Below are positions 40,963 through 50,592 of a stretch of 64,000 nt of DNA, piece by piece. Positions within the stretch are counted from its first letter, which is position 1, and the number at the start of each line of letters is the position of its first letter. The DNA comes from Hormoscilla sp. (GTDB lineage: Bacteria; Cyanobacteriota; Cyanobacteriia; Cyanobacteriales; Desertifilaceae), in assembly GCA_051439505.1 (NCBI GenBank), contig JBFRWI010000135.1, positions 61,192 to 125,191 of the forward strand, in the 5' to 3' direction. The position numbers were made by a program, and so were the translations under genes. Under the pieces are notes generated by a model. The model was not told the origin of the DNA, did not search any database, and worked only from the letters and a program-made list of their open reading frames with translations.

Positions 40963-41394
40963 ATGGCAACAAGGAGCACGAATGGCAAAGCCGCCACCAC
41001 CAAGCGAAGGAGGACTTCTAGGACAAGTCAGAAAAAAACAGCCACAGTAGATAACCTTGAAATTAATGCTAAAGGTGATATGAATACAGCAGAAAATGGA
41101 GTTAAACTTGAAACCATGTCTAACGAAACCGAAAAATCAGTACCTTTACCCCCTCTGCCAGGGAACCGCCCCATTGATTCGAGCAATCTGGAGGTACATT
41201 CCACCCTCGATCCCAGGGAAAAACGCCCGGTCGTCTCTAGCAAAATGGGAATCTCTGAGACATATATGGTCTCGGGAAACCGCCCCGTTGCTCACAGTAC
41301 TATCAACTTTGACAACACAATGAAGATCATGGGAAACCGCCCGATCGCCTCTAACAACATTGATGACGATGACCTGATGGGTTATCTAGATTAA
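40963..41394 (+). CDS. Hypothetical cyanobacterial protein with repeated GNRP[IV] motifs
   Basis: Four NRP/KRP units; C-terminal LMGYLD. Confidence 0.75.
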   Translation: MATRSTNGKAATTKRRRTSRTSQKKTATVDNLEINAKGDMNTAENGVKLETMSNETEKSVPLPPLPGNRPIDSSNLEVHSTLDPREKRPVVSSKMGISETYMVSGNRPVAHSTINFDNTMKIMGNRPIASNNIDDDDLMGYLD

Positions 41395-41427
41395 CCCATA
41401 GGAGTAATCAGAAATAATCGCCTGAGG

Positions 41428-41458
41428 AAATGTCAAAGCTTTTAGCTTTGACATTTTT
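41428..41458 (+). terminator. Putative intrinsic terminator
   Basis: AAATGTCAAAGCT-TTT-AGCTTTGACATTT followed by T residues. Confidence 0.55.
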
Positions 41459-41514
41459 CTCATTGTGAGCTAATTATAGAAACCGACAGTTCCAAATTTT
41501 AGAAAGTACATGTA

Positions 41515-43335
41515 ATGAAATATAGAACTAGACGCCTTCGACAGCAACAATTAAGGGATCAATACGTCCTATCCCGCCGCACCATGCTAGCACTGATGGG
41601 TTTTGCCTGCGCCCCCGGTCTGGAAGCTTTGCTGGACCATAGCAATGAAACCTCAAGGCCCACTGTACCCAGAAATCCCCAGATCCCATCCTTACCCCAA
41701 GACGATCGACCTTTAGTCCGACGGAGACGCCAACAGCAGTTGCAACAGGCACGGGAAGAATATCAGTTAGCGACGAGGCTGCCAAATGCTGTCCGCGTAG
41801 CTGATGTACCTCCCCAAGAAGCCTTTTCAGAAAATTATCAAGCTAACAGAGAAAGCTTGACGTCCCAACTTGCCGCAAATCAAGAGGCATTTCTAGCAAA
41901 TCCCGTGCCTTTTCTCAGTCTGGAGGACTACGCCGCTGTCTTTCCCGTCCTGCCCCTACCAGATATTGCCACTAGCTTCCGCCAGGATGCTACCTTTGCC
42001 CAGCAGCGGCTTTCTGGCACCGATCCCATGGAACTAACCAATGTTTTGGCACTCAATTACCGCCTCCGGGACAAAATGGCCATCACAAATGACATTTTTC
42101 GGGCCGTGGTTGGTGATGATGTTGGGGAAACCCTGAATAGCGCTATGCGATCGGGATCTCTGTTTGTTACCGATTATGGGGTACTAGATAATGTTACCCC
42201 CCAAGCAGGCAGATTTATTACTAGCCCCATCTGCCTCTATTTTGCCGATCGCCGCAACCCCCGATCGCCCTTAATTCCCATTGCGATCCAGTTGGGACAG
42301 CTGCCAGGAGAGAGTTTACTCTGCACGCCTCTAGATGGGGTAGACTGGACCTTAGCTAAGAGCGTCGCTCAGATGGCTGAGTTCACCGTCTTTGAACTCA
42401 TACGCCACCTGGGTCAAACTCATTATGCTTTAGAACCGATCGCACTGGCAACTGCACGGGAACTTGCCCAAAACCATCCCTTGTACGTGCTTTTGCAGCC
42501 CCATTTTGATTTTACGATGGCGATCAATGCCTTTAGCGATCAAGTACTCATCAATCCCGGGGGGTTCGTAAACGTAATTTTTCCAGGGATTTTGGAAAGT
42601 TCCCTCAGCCTTACAAATCAAGGTGTTACCGAACAGTTTAATAACTTCAGTGACTTTGCCTTCCCCAACAATTTGCGCAAGCGCGGTGTCACCGATGGCG
42701 AACAGTTACCTAACTTCCCCTATCGTGACGACGGGTTGCTGATCTGGCAAGCTCTGCGGGACTATGTTACTCAATATGTCAGGATTTACTATCAAACCCC
42801 AAGAGATGTCCGTCAGGATGTCGAACTGCAAAATTGGCTGCAAGCATTACGAACGCCCGTTAGCGATGGCGGTTTGGGAGTAGTTTCCTTGCCAGAACGT
42901 CTGACTAATCGCAACCAGTTGGTCGATCTGCTGACACAAATCATTTTTACTGCTGGTCCCCAACACTCAGCCATTGCCTGGCTTCAATACGATTACTCAG
43001 CCTTTATTCCCAACATGCCTGGAGCCATCTATCAGCCGATCCCTAACGTCAAAGGAACAGTTAGGGAAGCAGATCTCAGTGGGTTTCTCCCTAATACAGA
43101 ATTAACCTTTGCTCAGCTGACATTAATGACACAAATCGGCACCAAGATCGATCCCAAGGCATTTACAAATTTTGGGCGTAGCAGTTTCCAAGACCCCCGC
43201 GCTATTCGGGTGCTGAGAATGCTGCAACATCGTCTCGACAAGATAGAAGAGGCGATCGAACAACGCAATCAACGCCGAGGGGAATGCTACATCGGATTTC
43301 TACCCTCTCGCATGGCGAACAGCACTAGTGGATAG
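41515..43335 (+). CDS. Lipoxygenase-family protein with putative Tat signal
   Basis: FAQQRLSG, IAIQL, W.LAK, ELIRHLGQTH, PYRDDG and TAGPQH motifs; N-terminal SRRTML. Confidence 0.9.
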   Translation: MKYRTRRLRQQQLRDQYVLSRRTMLALMGFACAPGLEALLDHSNETSRPTVPRNPQIPSLPQDDRPLVRRRRQQQLQQAREEYQLATRLPNAVRVADVPPQEAFSENYQANRESLTSQLAANQEAFLANPVPFLSLEDYAAVFPVLPLPDIATSFRQDATFAQQRLSGTDPMELTNVLALNYRLRDKMAITNDIFRAVVGDDVGETLNSAMRSGSLFVTDYGVLDNVTPQAGRFITSPICLYFADRRNPRSPLIPIAIQLGQLPGESLLCTPLDGVDWTLAKSVAQMAEFTVFELIRHLGQTHYALEPIALATARELAQNHPLYVLLQPHFDFTMAINAFSDQVLINPGGFVNVIFPGILESSLSLTNQGVTEQFNNFSDFAFPNNLRKRGVTDGEQLPNFPYRDDGLLIWQALRDYVTQYVRIYYQTPRDVRQDVELQNWLQALRTPVSDGGLGVVSLPERLTNRNQLVDLLTQIIFTAGPQHSAIAWLQYDYSAFIPNMPGAIYQPIPNVKGTVREADLSGFLPNTELTFAQLTLMTQIGTKIDPKAFTNFGRSSFQDPRAIRVLRMLQHRLDKIEEAIEQRNQRRGECYIGFLPSRMANSTSG

Positions 43336-43408
43336 AAAGACCCACGGGAAGGACTAAAGTATTACTACGAACGACTCGGGGTAATACTTTAGTCCTTGGT
43401 ACGAACCT

Positions 43409-44116
43409 CTAGGCCGTGACCAATTCTCGTGCTACCTCTCGTGCTACGGGACGCTTGCTATTGCGAATTCCCTCGATCGCCTCCGCATAATCGGGGGCTT
43501 TGAACACCGCCGAACCAGCAACAATCGCATTAGCACCAACTTCCAACACCTGCCAAGTATTATTTATCTTCAGACCGCCATCCACCTCAATCCAGGGATC
43601 CAGTCCCCGTTCATCGCACATCCGGCGCAGCTTGCGGATTTTATCCACCACTGCTGGAATAAAACTCTGACCGCCAAAACCCGGGTTAACACTCATGATC
43701 AGCACCAAATCGCAGAGTTCCAGGACATACTCAATCAATTCTAGGGGTGTAGAGGGATTGAGCACCACCCCCGCCTGCTTACCCAGTTCCTTAATCTGAC
43801 CGAGAGTGCGATGCAAGTGGGGAGAAGCGTTATGCTCGGCATGGACGGAAATAATATCCGCACCAGCCTTGGCAAAATCTGCCACATACTTCTCCGGCTC
43901 CACAATCATCAAGTGGACATCCAAAGGCTTCTTAGTCACCGGACGCAGAGCATCCACAATCAGGGGACCTATGGTTATATTAGGGACAAACCGACCGTCC
44001 ATGACATCCACGTGAATCCAGTCAGCACCAGCGGCATCGACGGCTTCCACTTCCGCTCCCAGACGGCTGAAGTCGGCTGATAGAATAGATGGGGCGATAA
44101 CAATGGGTTTGGGCAT
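43409..44116 (-). CDS. rpe: Ribulose-phosphate 3-epimerase
   Basis: [26 protein letters not shown] and EVDGG motifs. Confidence 0.97.
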   Translation of the reverse strand: MPKPIVIAPSILSADFSRLGAEVEAVDAAGADWIHVDVMDGRFVPNITIGPLIVDALRPVTKKPLDVHLMIVEPEKYVADFAKAGADIISVHAEHNASPHLHRTLGQIKELGKQAGVVLNPSTPLELIEYVLELCDLVLIMSVNPGFGGQSFIPAVVDKIRKLRRMCDERGLDPWIEVDGGLKINNTWQVLEVGANAIVAGSAVFKAPDYAEAIEGIRNSKRPVAREVARELVTA

Positions 44117-44213
44117 GGCTATAGATGTTCTCCTGCTTTCTATCTGTAAGTTTAACAAAATCTTTAGGATTACCCGAAAAAAAATTTATGCTTTTGCGTC
44201 TAAGTGATAACTT

Positions 44214-45857
44214 GTGGGAGGATCTGACTTGAACGGCCAGAAGATATGGAAAAAACTAGCATCCCTGATTGTGGGGTTGTCTACAATGTGCCAGCCTGGG
44301 CTAGTGCTGGCATCAGAGGATTTATCGGTAGGAGCAGCTGGGATTAATGCCCTGCGCCTGCACGCACCGCCCTATGACTTGCGGGGTCGTAAGATCGCGA
44401 TCGGTCAGTTGGAGATTGGCAGACCGGGCAAGTTTGGCATCGACAAAGCTGTAGCCCAAAATCGTGTGGTTTGGCCAGCGCGGGTGTTCTTTCAGAATGA
44501 TGAGGCCCAAACTAATAAGCATGTCGATCGCCACGCCCAAAACGTGGCCAGCATCATGATCAGTTCTGATAAAGCCTTTCCCGGGGTGGCCCCAGCAGCG
44601 AGGCTATACTCAGCCGCAGTAGGTCCGATCAGACGCAGCGGACAGCCACAGGAATGCTTGTCAACTCAACATCTAGCGAGGCAAAATAGTGGTGACCTCA
44701 GAGCGATAAACTTTAGTTTTGGCGAATCTCTACGTCAAGACCCACGACCAAACGCCGTACTGGATGGCAACGCCCTGCTGACCCAATGTATTGACTGGTC
44801 AGCTAGAGTTCACAATGTCCTGTATGTGATTGCTGGCAATCAGGGCCGAGGCGGCATTTCCATCCCTACCGATAACTACAATGGTATCAATGTCGCCTTT
44901 AGCAGGCGGGAACAGGGAGTATTTGCCAAAATCGACTTTGCCAATATCGGTGACCCAGAAGTGGGGATTGCCAAGCGGATTATCGGTCAGGAAACTAATA
45001 TAGACAATCGGCGATCGATCGGTTTGGTAGCACCGGGCAATAGGATCCCCTTAGTCAACTTTGACGGTAGCATTAGCCGCGCCAGCGGCACCAGTTTTGC
45101 CGCCCCCCACGCAACGGCTACCTTGGCCCTGCTACAGGAATATGGAGACAGGCAAATAGCTTCGGAATGGAAATCTTCTGTTCCATCACTCCAATGGACT
45201 TTGGATGCCCGCCGTCACGAAGTCATGAAAGCAGTGATGCTCAATTCTGCTGATAAAATAGAAGACAGGGGTGACGGGTTCAACCTGGGCATGAGTCGTA
45301 CCATTCTCGATCAAAATCACCATTCCTGGTTAGTCTCGGAAGCCTTTTACAATCAAAAAATCCCCCTGGATATTCAACTAGGAGCCGGTCATCTGAATGC
45401 CTATCGTGCTTACCAGCAATTTAGTCCCGGTCAGTGGGGTCCAGAAGCGCCAGTGCCCGCGATCGGCTGGGATTACAATCGGGTAGAGGCAAAAGACGAT
45501 ACCTTTAAGGACTATGTATTGGAGCAACCCTTGGCGTCCGGGAGTATCGTGAATATCACCCTAGCATGGAATCGATGGGTAGAATTGGAAGATGCCAACA
45601 ATAATGGCGAGTATGACATTGGAGAAACCTTTCAGGACAGGGGCTTAAACAACCTGGAATTATACCTGATGCCAGCAGGAGAAAATGACATCAGAAAAAG
45701 TGTTTGGTCCTCTGTGAGCGCGGTAGACAGCGTGGAACATATTTTCCACCGCATTCGGACCCCAGGTCGTTATAAAATTCGCGTCAAGTATCGCCAGCAG
45801 GTTAACGAACCAGAACAACCCTATGCCTTGGCATGGTGGACAGTCCCATCACCTTAA
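44214..45857 (+). CDS. S8 (subtilisin-like) serine peptidase
   Basis: HAQNVA, AGN and GTSFAAPH motifs; N-terminal signal-like segment. Confidence 0.88.
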   Translation: MGGSDLNGQKIWKKLASLIVGLSTMCQPGLVLASEDLSVGAAGINALRLHAPPYDLRGRKIAIGQLEIGRPGKFGIDKAVAQNRVVWPARVFFQNDEAQTNKHVDRHAQNVASIMISSDKAFPGVAPAARLYSAAVGPIRRSGQPQECLSTQHLARQNSGDLRAINFSFGESLRQDPRPNAVLDGNALLTQCIDWSARVHNVLYVIAGNQGRGGISIPTDNYNGINVAFSRREQGVFAKIDFANIGDPEVGIAKRIIGQETNIDNRRSIGLVAPGNRIPLVNFDGSISRASGTSFAAPHATATLALLQEYGDRQIASEWKSSVPSLQWTLDARRHEVMKAVMLNSADKIEDRGDGFNLGMSRTILDQNHHSWLVSEAFYNQKIPLDIQLGAGHLNAYRAYQQFSPGQWGPEAPVPAIGWDYNRVEAKDDTFKDYVLEQPLASGSIVNITLAWNRWVELEDANNNGEYDIGETFQDRGLNNLELYLMPAGENDIRKSVWSSVSAVDSVEHIFHRIRTPGRYKIRVKYRQQVNEPEQPYALAWWTVPSP

Positions 45858-45972
45858 AAATCATGCCCACTCTGGTGGGCATCGTCATCATCATCCGTTG
45901 CGAAAAAAGTAACAATATTGTCATTTTCGGGGGTCGTGTCATCTTATAATAGATAATATATCGGGTGGTAAG

Positions 45973-47250
45973 ATGAACAGAAAAAAAGTGAGATTAGGCA
46001 GTGCGATCGCGTTATGTTTCTTGATGCTAAGTTTATGGGGATGTGTCAAAAATGGAGATGTTGATGGGGCCAAGGCCCGATCGGATGCAGAAAAAATTAG
46101 AGAAAGCCAACCCCAGCCAACAACAATGATAGCAGAAAAACTGATAGCAGCAAATAGCAAATTTGCTTTCAAACTGTTTCAGGAAATTATGCAGAAGGAA
46201 GGCGATCGGGAGAATATTTTCGTCTCCCCTACCAGCGTGGCGATCGCCCTTTCAATGCTATACAATGGAGCAGAAGGTCGGACGGCAGCAGCAATGGCAA
46301 AAACCTTGGAGATCCAGGGAATAGATGACATTAACAAGGGCTATGGAAGCCTGAAAGCAAGTTTAGAAAACCCCGAAGCAGATGTGCAGCTAACCATTGC
46401 TAACTCTCTGTGGGCAAGGCAGGGAGTAAACTTCAAGTCAGAATTCATCCAGAAAACCAAGCAATTCTATGGTGCTAAGGTAACAGATTTAGATTTTCAG
46501 GACAAGGATGCAGTCAAGATAATTAACGGCTGGGTAGCAGATAACACCCAGGGCAAGATCGAGGAGATAGTGGAGGAAGTCAAACCAGATGACGTGTTAT
46601 TTTTAATCAACGCTATCTACTTCAAAGGCAACTGGCAAAATGAATTCGACCAGTCGAGAACAGTCGATCGCCCCTTTTATCTAGGGGATGGCAGCCAGAA
46701 AAAACATCCGAGAATGTCTCAGACAGGCGAATATAAATATTACGAAACAGAGGAGTTTCAAGCAGTCAGCTTGCCTTACTCTCAAGGACGCCTGAGTCTG
46801 TACGTATTTCTGCCCCAGAAACAGAGCAATCTGAAAGCATTTTACCAGCAGTTGGATGCTCGCAATTGGGAACAATGGATGAGCAAATTTAGCAAAGAAG
46901 ATGGGACGATCGAGCTACCGCGCTTTAAGATAGAGTATGAGATCGAACTGAACAATGTACTCAAAGCCTTGGGAATGTCAGTAGCTTTCGATCCCGGTCA
47001 GGCGAACTTTTCCAAGATGAGTGAAATCAAAACGAACATCGATCGGGTCAAGCACAAAACCTTCGTGGAAGTAAACGAAGCGGGGACAGAAGCAGCAGCA
47101 GCGACATCCATAGGCATTTCAGCCACATCAGCACAAATACCATCAGAACCGCCATTTCAGATGATTGTCGATCGGCCATTTTTCTGCGCGATCCGGGATA
47201 ATCAGACAGGTAGCGTCCTGTTCATGGGGTCGATCGTCGATCCACAGTAG
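45973..47250 (+). CDS. Serpin (probable lipoprotein)
   Basis: NIFVSP, NAIYFKG.W, EVNEAGTEAAAAT hinge, DRPF and LFMG; LWGC lipobox-like. Confidence 0.94.
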   Translation: MNRKKVRLGSAIALCFLMLSLWGCVKNGDVDGAKARSDAEKIRESQPQPTTMIAEKLIAANSKFAFKLFQEIMQKEGDRENIFVSPTSVAIALSMLYNGAEGRTAAAMAKTLEIQGIDDINKGYGSLKASLENPEADVQLTIANSLWARQGVNFKSEFIQKTKQFYGAKVTDLDFQDKDAVKIINGWVADNTQGKIEEIVEEVKPDDVLFLINAIYFKGNWQNEFDQSRTVDRPFYLGDGSQKKHPRMSQTGEYKYYETEEFQAVSLPYSQGRLSLYVFLPQKQSNLKAFYQQLDARNWEQWMSKFSKEDGTIELPRFKIEYEIELNNVLKALGMSVAFDPGQANFSKMSEIKTNIDRVKHKTFVEVNEAGTEAAAATSIGISATSAQIPSEPPFQMIVDRPFFCAIRDNQTGSVLFMGSIVDPQ

Positions 47251-47429
47251 AGAGGTTCTCCGTAAGCACGAAGAGTGCTTCGGGGTATACTGGTGGGCGG
47301 TGCCAGCGGTGCCCACCCTGCTAGTATCTAAATGCAGCAAACCCAAGCTGTAAAGAGGTTTCAATATTTTGAATTTTGAATTTTGAATTTTGAATTGCTG
47401 AGGCGGTGCCCACCCTACCACATAATTTT

Positions 47430-47792
47430 ATGAGCAGATATGGAGACCCGTTTGAGAATAAAGACCTCAAGCGGTTACAACTATTTATTTATCTGATTCC
47501 CGTCATCGGTTTCTTTCCCGCCCTCTGGACCCTGTACCGACGCACGGGCGATCGCCGGCAACTTGTTGTGAGTCGCTTAGCAGTGGTACTGGGTTTACTG
47601 TGGGTAGTCAGTCATGGGTTGGTGGAAACTGGAGCGAGCAGTTTTGAGTCATGGAGGCTACCCTGGTTATTAAGCAGTAGTCTGCTGACATCGAGCTATT
47701 TTATGATATCATTCTGGCTGATGGTGCGCGTGTGGCGACGCCAGTCGCTGCGGTTGCCTGGGATGAGTCGCTTAGGCGATCGTCTGCCATAA
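47430..47792 (+). CDS. Hypothetical membrane protein
   Basis: Hydrophobic segments; YLIPVIGFFPALWTLYR. Confidence 0.75.
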   Translation: MSRYGDPFENKDLKRLQLFIYLIPVIGFFPALWTLYRRTGDRRQLVVSRLAVVLGLLWVVSHGLVETGASSFESWRLPWLLSSSLLTSSYFMISFWLMVRVWRRQSLRLPGMSRLGDRLP

Positions 47793-47893
47793 GAGGGACA
47801 TGGGGTTAAATAGTAGGGTGCTGTAGCCGCTGGTAAATTAGGCCCAAGACGATCGGCCAGAGCAAATACCAGTAATTACATTAAGGACAGCGT

Positions 47894-49327
47894 GTGAGGA
47901 AGCAAGTGATCGCTAGAAAAAACATCAATTCATATCATCTGATATCTACCTATTTACAACGTGCTGGTATAAATTTAACTCAACCCAGTACAATCAAGTG
48001 GATATCGATCGGCTTGGGCTTAGCAGGCACGGCCATACTGTCAGCAACAGCAGGAGCATTGCTAGCAGTATCTCTAGTCAGCACTCCCCTGATGCAAACC
48101 AACCTGAGCCCCCAAGAAGCGAAAGTCTTTAACAGTGGAGATCGCATTGCTAGCGGGGATAATTTGCAGCTACCGAAACTAAATCGTCCTGTCAATATTT
48201 TGGTGTTAGGGATCAAAGTGCTCACCTCAGACCTGGACGAACCACCAGCAGAAGATCTAGGATACCATGCCCTAGTGGACTCTTTCGAGGGCCTGAGCGA
48301 TACCATGCTGTTACTCAGGTTTGACCCTAGGAATCATAAGCTAGTAGCCCTTTCAATCCCCCGGGATACTCGTTCTTGGGTAGAAGGATATGGCATGCGC
48401 AAAATTAATGTCGCTAATGATTTTGGCGGTCCGGCCATGTCAGCAACCTCGGTGAAAGATCTGCTGGGAGGTGTAGAGATCGATCGCTACATCCGCGTCA
48501 ATATCAAGGCAGTAGAAAAACTGATTGATGCCTTAGGTGGCGTGACAGTATACGTGCCTTACGACATGAAGTACCAAGATGATAGCCAGCATTTGTACAT
48601 TAACCTGAAAGCAGGAGAGCAACATCTGAATGGCGATCGGGCGCTCCAATTTCTGCGTTTTAGAAACAACTATTTAGGAGATATTGGTCGCATTCAGCGG
48701 CAGCAAATCCTGATGCGGGCCTTGATGGATCAAGCGATTAACCCTCAAATTATCTCCCGATTACCCAAAATTATGGAAGTGATCAAGTCTGACATTGATA
48801 CTAACTTGAGCGTCGAGGAATTGCTGGCTCTAGCCAGTTTTGCTAGCCATACTGACAGATCGAAAATCCAGATGTTGCTGACTCCCGGCAGATTTAGCGA
48901 TCCCAAAGAATACAAGGTGAGCTACTGGTTGCCAGATTATCACCGCATCGACCAGATGATGAACCAGTATTTTGATTTTGGCGATCGCGCGACAGAACCA
49001 GAAGAGATTGACCCAGCTTACCTGCGAGTGGCAGTTCAAGACAGCACTGAAGATTGGATAGCAGTTGATGATTTTATCAACACCATGTATAATGAGGGCT
49101 ATAGTAACGTCTATGTCAGTGGTGCTTGGAGCGAGCCATTAGAAGTGACTCGAATTATCGCTCAATACGGAGACATAGATAGTGCTAAAGCAATTCGTCG
49201 CCGACTGGGTTTTGGAGAAGTGCTGGTGGAGAGCATTGGTAACTTGGACTCGGATGTGACAATTCAATTGGGTCAAGATTGGCTCGCGATCAAAAACGAG
49301 TTGGTCCGCCAATCAGATGATTGGTAG
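47894..49327 (+). CDS. LCP (LytR-CpsA-Psr) family protein
   Basis: SDTMLL, SIPRDT, LRFR and GDIGRIQRQQ motifs; LytR_C-like tail. Confidence 0.93.
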   Translation: MRKQVIARKNINSYHLISTYLQRAGINLTQPSTIKWISIGLGLAGTAILSATAGALLAVSLVSTPLMQTNLSPQEAKVFNSGDRIASGDNLQLPKLNRPVNILVLGIKVLTSDLDEPPAEDLGYHALVDSFEGLSDTMLLLRFDPRNHKLVALSIPRDTRSWVEGYGMRKINVANDFGGPAMSATSVKDLLGGVEIDRYIRVNIKAVEKLIDALGGVTVYVPYDMKYQDDSQHLYINLKAGEQHLNGDRALQFLRFRNNYLGDIGRIQRQQILMRALMDQAINPQIISRLPKIMEVIKSDIDTNLSVEELLALASFASHTDRSKIQMLLTPGRFSDPKEYKVSYWLPDYHRIDQMMNQYFDFGDRATEPEEIDPAYLRVAVQDSTEDWIAVDDFINTMYNEGYSNVYVSGAWSEPLEVTRIIAQYGDIDSAKAIRRRLGFGEVLVESIGNLDSDVTIQLGQDWLAIKNELVRQSDDW

Positions 49328-50227
49328 TCAGGCATTTGCGGCTTGAATCCAATCGAGTAAAATCGGATTAACTAGCTCCGGTGCCTCATCCTGGGGACAA
49401 TGTCCCACACCTGCTAGGGGAATAAACTTCTCTACTGCCGGAAATTCAGCTAACTGACGCCCCATGTCTACCGGTTCCCATGGGTCTTCCGTTCCCCAAA
49501 GGATCAAAGCGGGACATTTTAATTCGGCTAGGAGATCTTCGGGAAGCGGCCCGGAAGAATAGCGGGTGAAAGCCAAAAACACATCCGCAGCACCGGTATC
49601 CCTAGCAGGTGCCATCAGCAAGTCTACCAGTTCATCGGTAACGGCTTCAGGACGCCCGTAGGCTTGCAGGAGAATTTTGCGCACGACTTGCGGCTGGGCA
49701 ATTTGATTGAAAAATAGCTGCCCAATCCATTTAACTGCTAAGATATTTTGCAGGATCGGGGCTCCAAATCGCCGATGCCAGGGTAACCGGTGGCGTCGGC
49801 GGTCGTGTAATAACCGCAGGGAACAGCTCAAAAGCACCACTCCATCAGCAAGATCCCGAGCGTCTACATCTGCCTGCATCATGGCAATACAACCAATAGA
49901 ATTGCCGACGAAAAAAACCCGATCGCCCACGACTTCCTGACAAAAATCAGTCAACTGCTCTCCCCAAGTGGCAAAGGTATAGTCGATATCTACCCCAGGA
50001 GTGGGTTTGGCCGAACCCCCAAAACCGATCAAGTCGATCGCGTAACTTCGACAAGCAGCCCCCAACACTGGCAAGTTTTTGCGCCAGTGGGCGCAGGAAG
50101 CTCCAAAGCCATGCACCATCACCACAGCAGGACCGGTAGTGCCGCAAGCTTGATAGCGGATGGGAAAACCCCGCCATATCCAGGTATGAGTGGTCGTATT
50201 GGCAGTGTCTGCCGATCTATTGGTCAT
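49328..50227 (-). CDS. Alpha/beta hydrolase
   Basis: HGFGAS, DLIGFG, GNSIG and GHCPQDE motifs. Confidence 0.92.
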   Translation of the reverse strand: MTNRSADTANTTTHTWIWRGFPIRYQACGTTGPAVVMVHGFGASCAHWRKNLPVLGAACRSYAIDLIGFGGSAKPTPGVDIDYTFATWGEQLTDFCQEVVGDRVFFVGNSIGCIAMMQADVDARDLADGVVLLSCSLRLLHDRRRHRLPWHRRFGAPILQNILAVKWIGQLFFNQIAQPQVVRKILLQAYGRPEAVTDELVDLLMAPARDTGAADVFLAFTRYSSGPLPEDLLAELKCPALILWGTEDPWEPVDMGRQLAEFPAVEKFIPLAGVGHCPQDEAPELVNPILLDWIQAANA

Positions 50228-50250
50228 GCTCGTGGGTTATAATGGAATAG

Positions 50251-50304
50251 GTAAACGCTTTAGCGTTTACTACAAACGTAAACGCTAAAGCGTTTACTAC
50301 AAAC
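50251..50304. repeat. Tandem GTAG-type REP palindromes
   Basis: GTAAACGCT.(T/A)AGCGTTTACTACAAAC twice. Confidence 0.7.
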
Positions 50305-50592
50305 ATCTGTGAATTATTACCTAGATATTGCAAGCGGAATCTTTATATAACTTAACAAATAAAGTGGGTTGGCGAGATCCCCCCAATCAGAGTATAACCT
50401 AGAAAAGGGGAAGTACAGACTAGCGTTGAGTAACCTGGTGGGCTGAAATTACCGATAACTGGTCACGCTCGGCATCGAGTAGAAGCGCTTAACCGGGTCT
50501 CGAAGTGCCGCTATCAATGAGATATCTTACCCAGACCAGCAAAACCAGACTCTCGATCGACTTTCTAGCCCTCAGAAAAATTATCAACCGCG

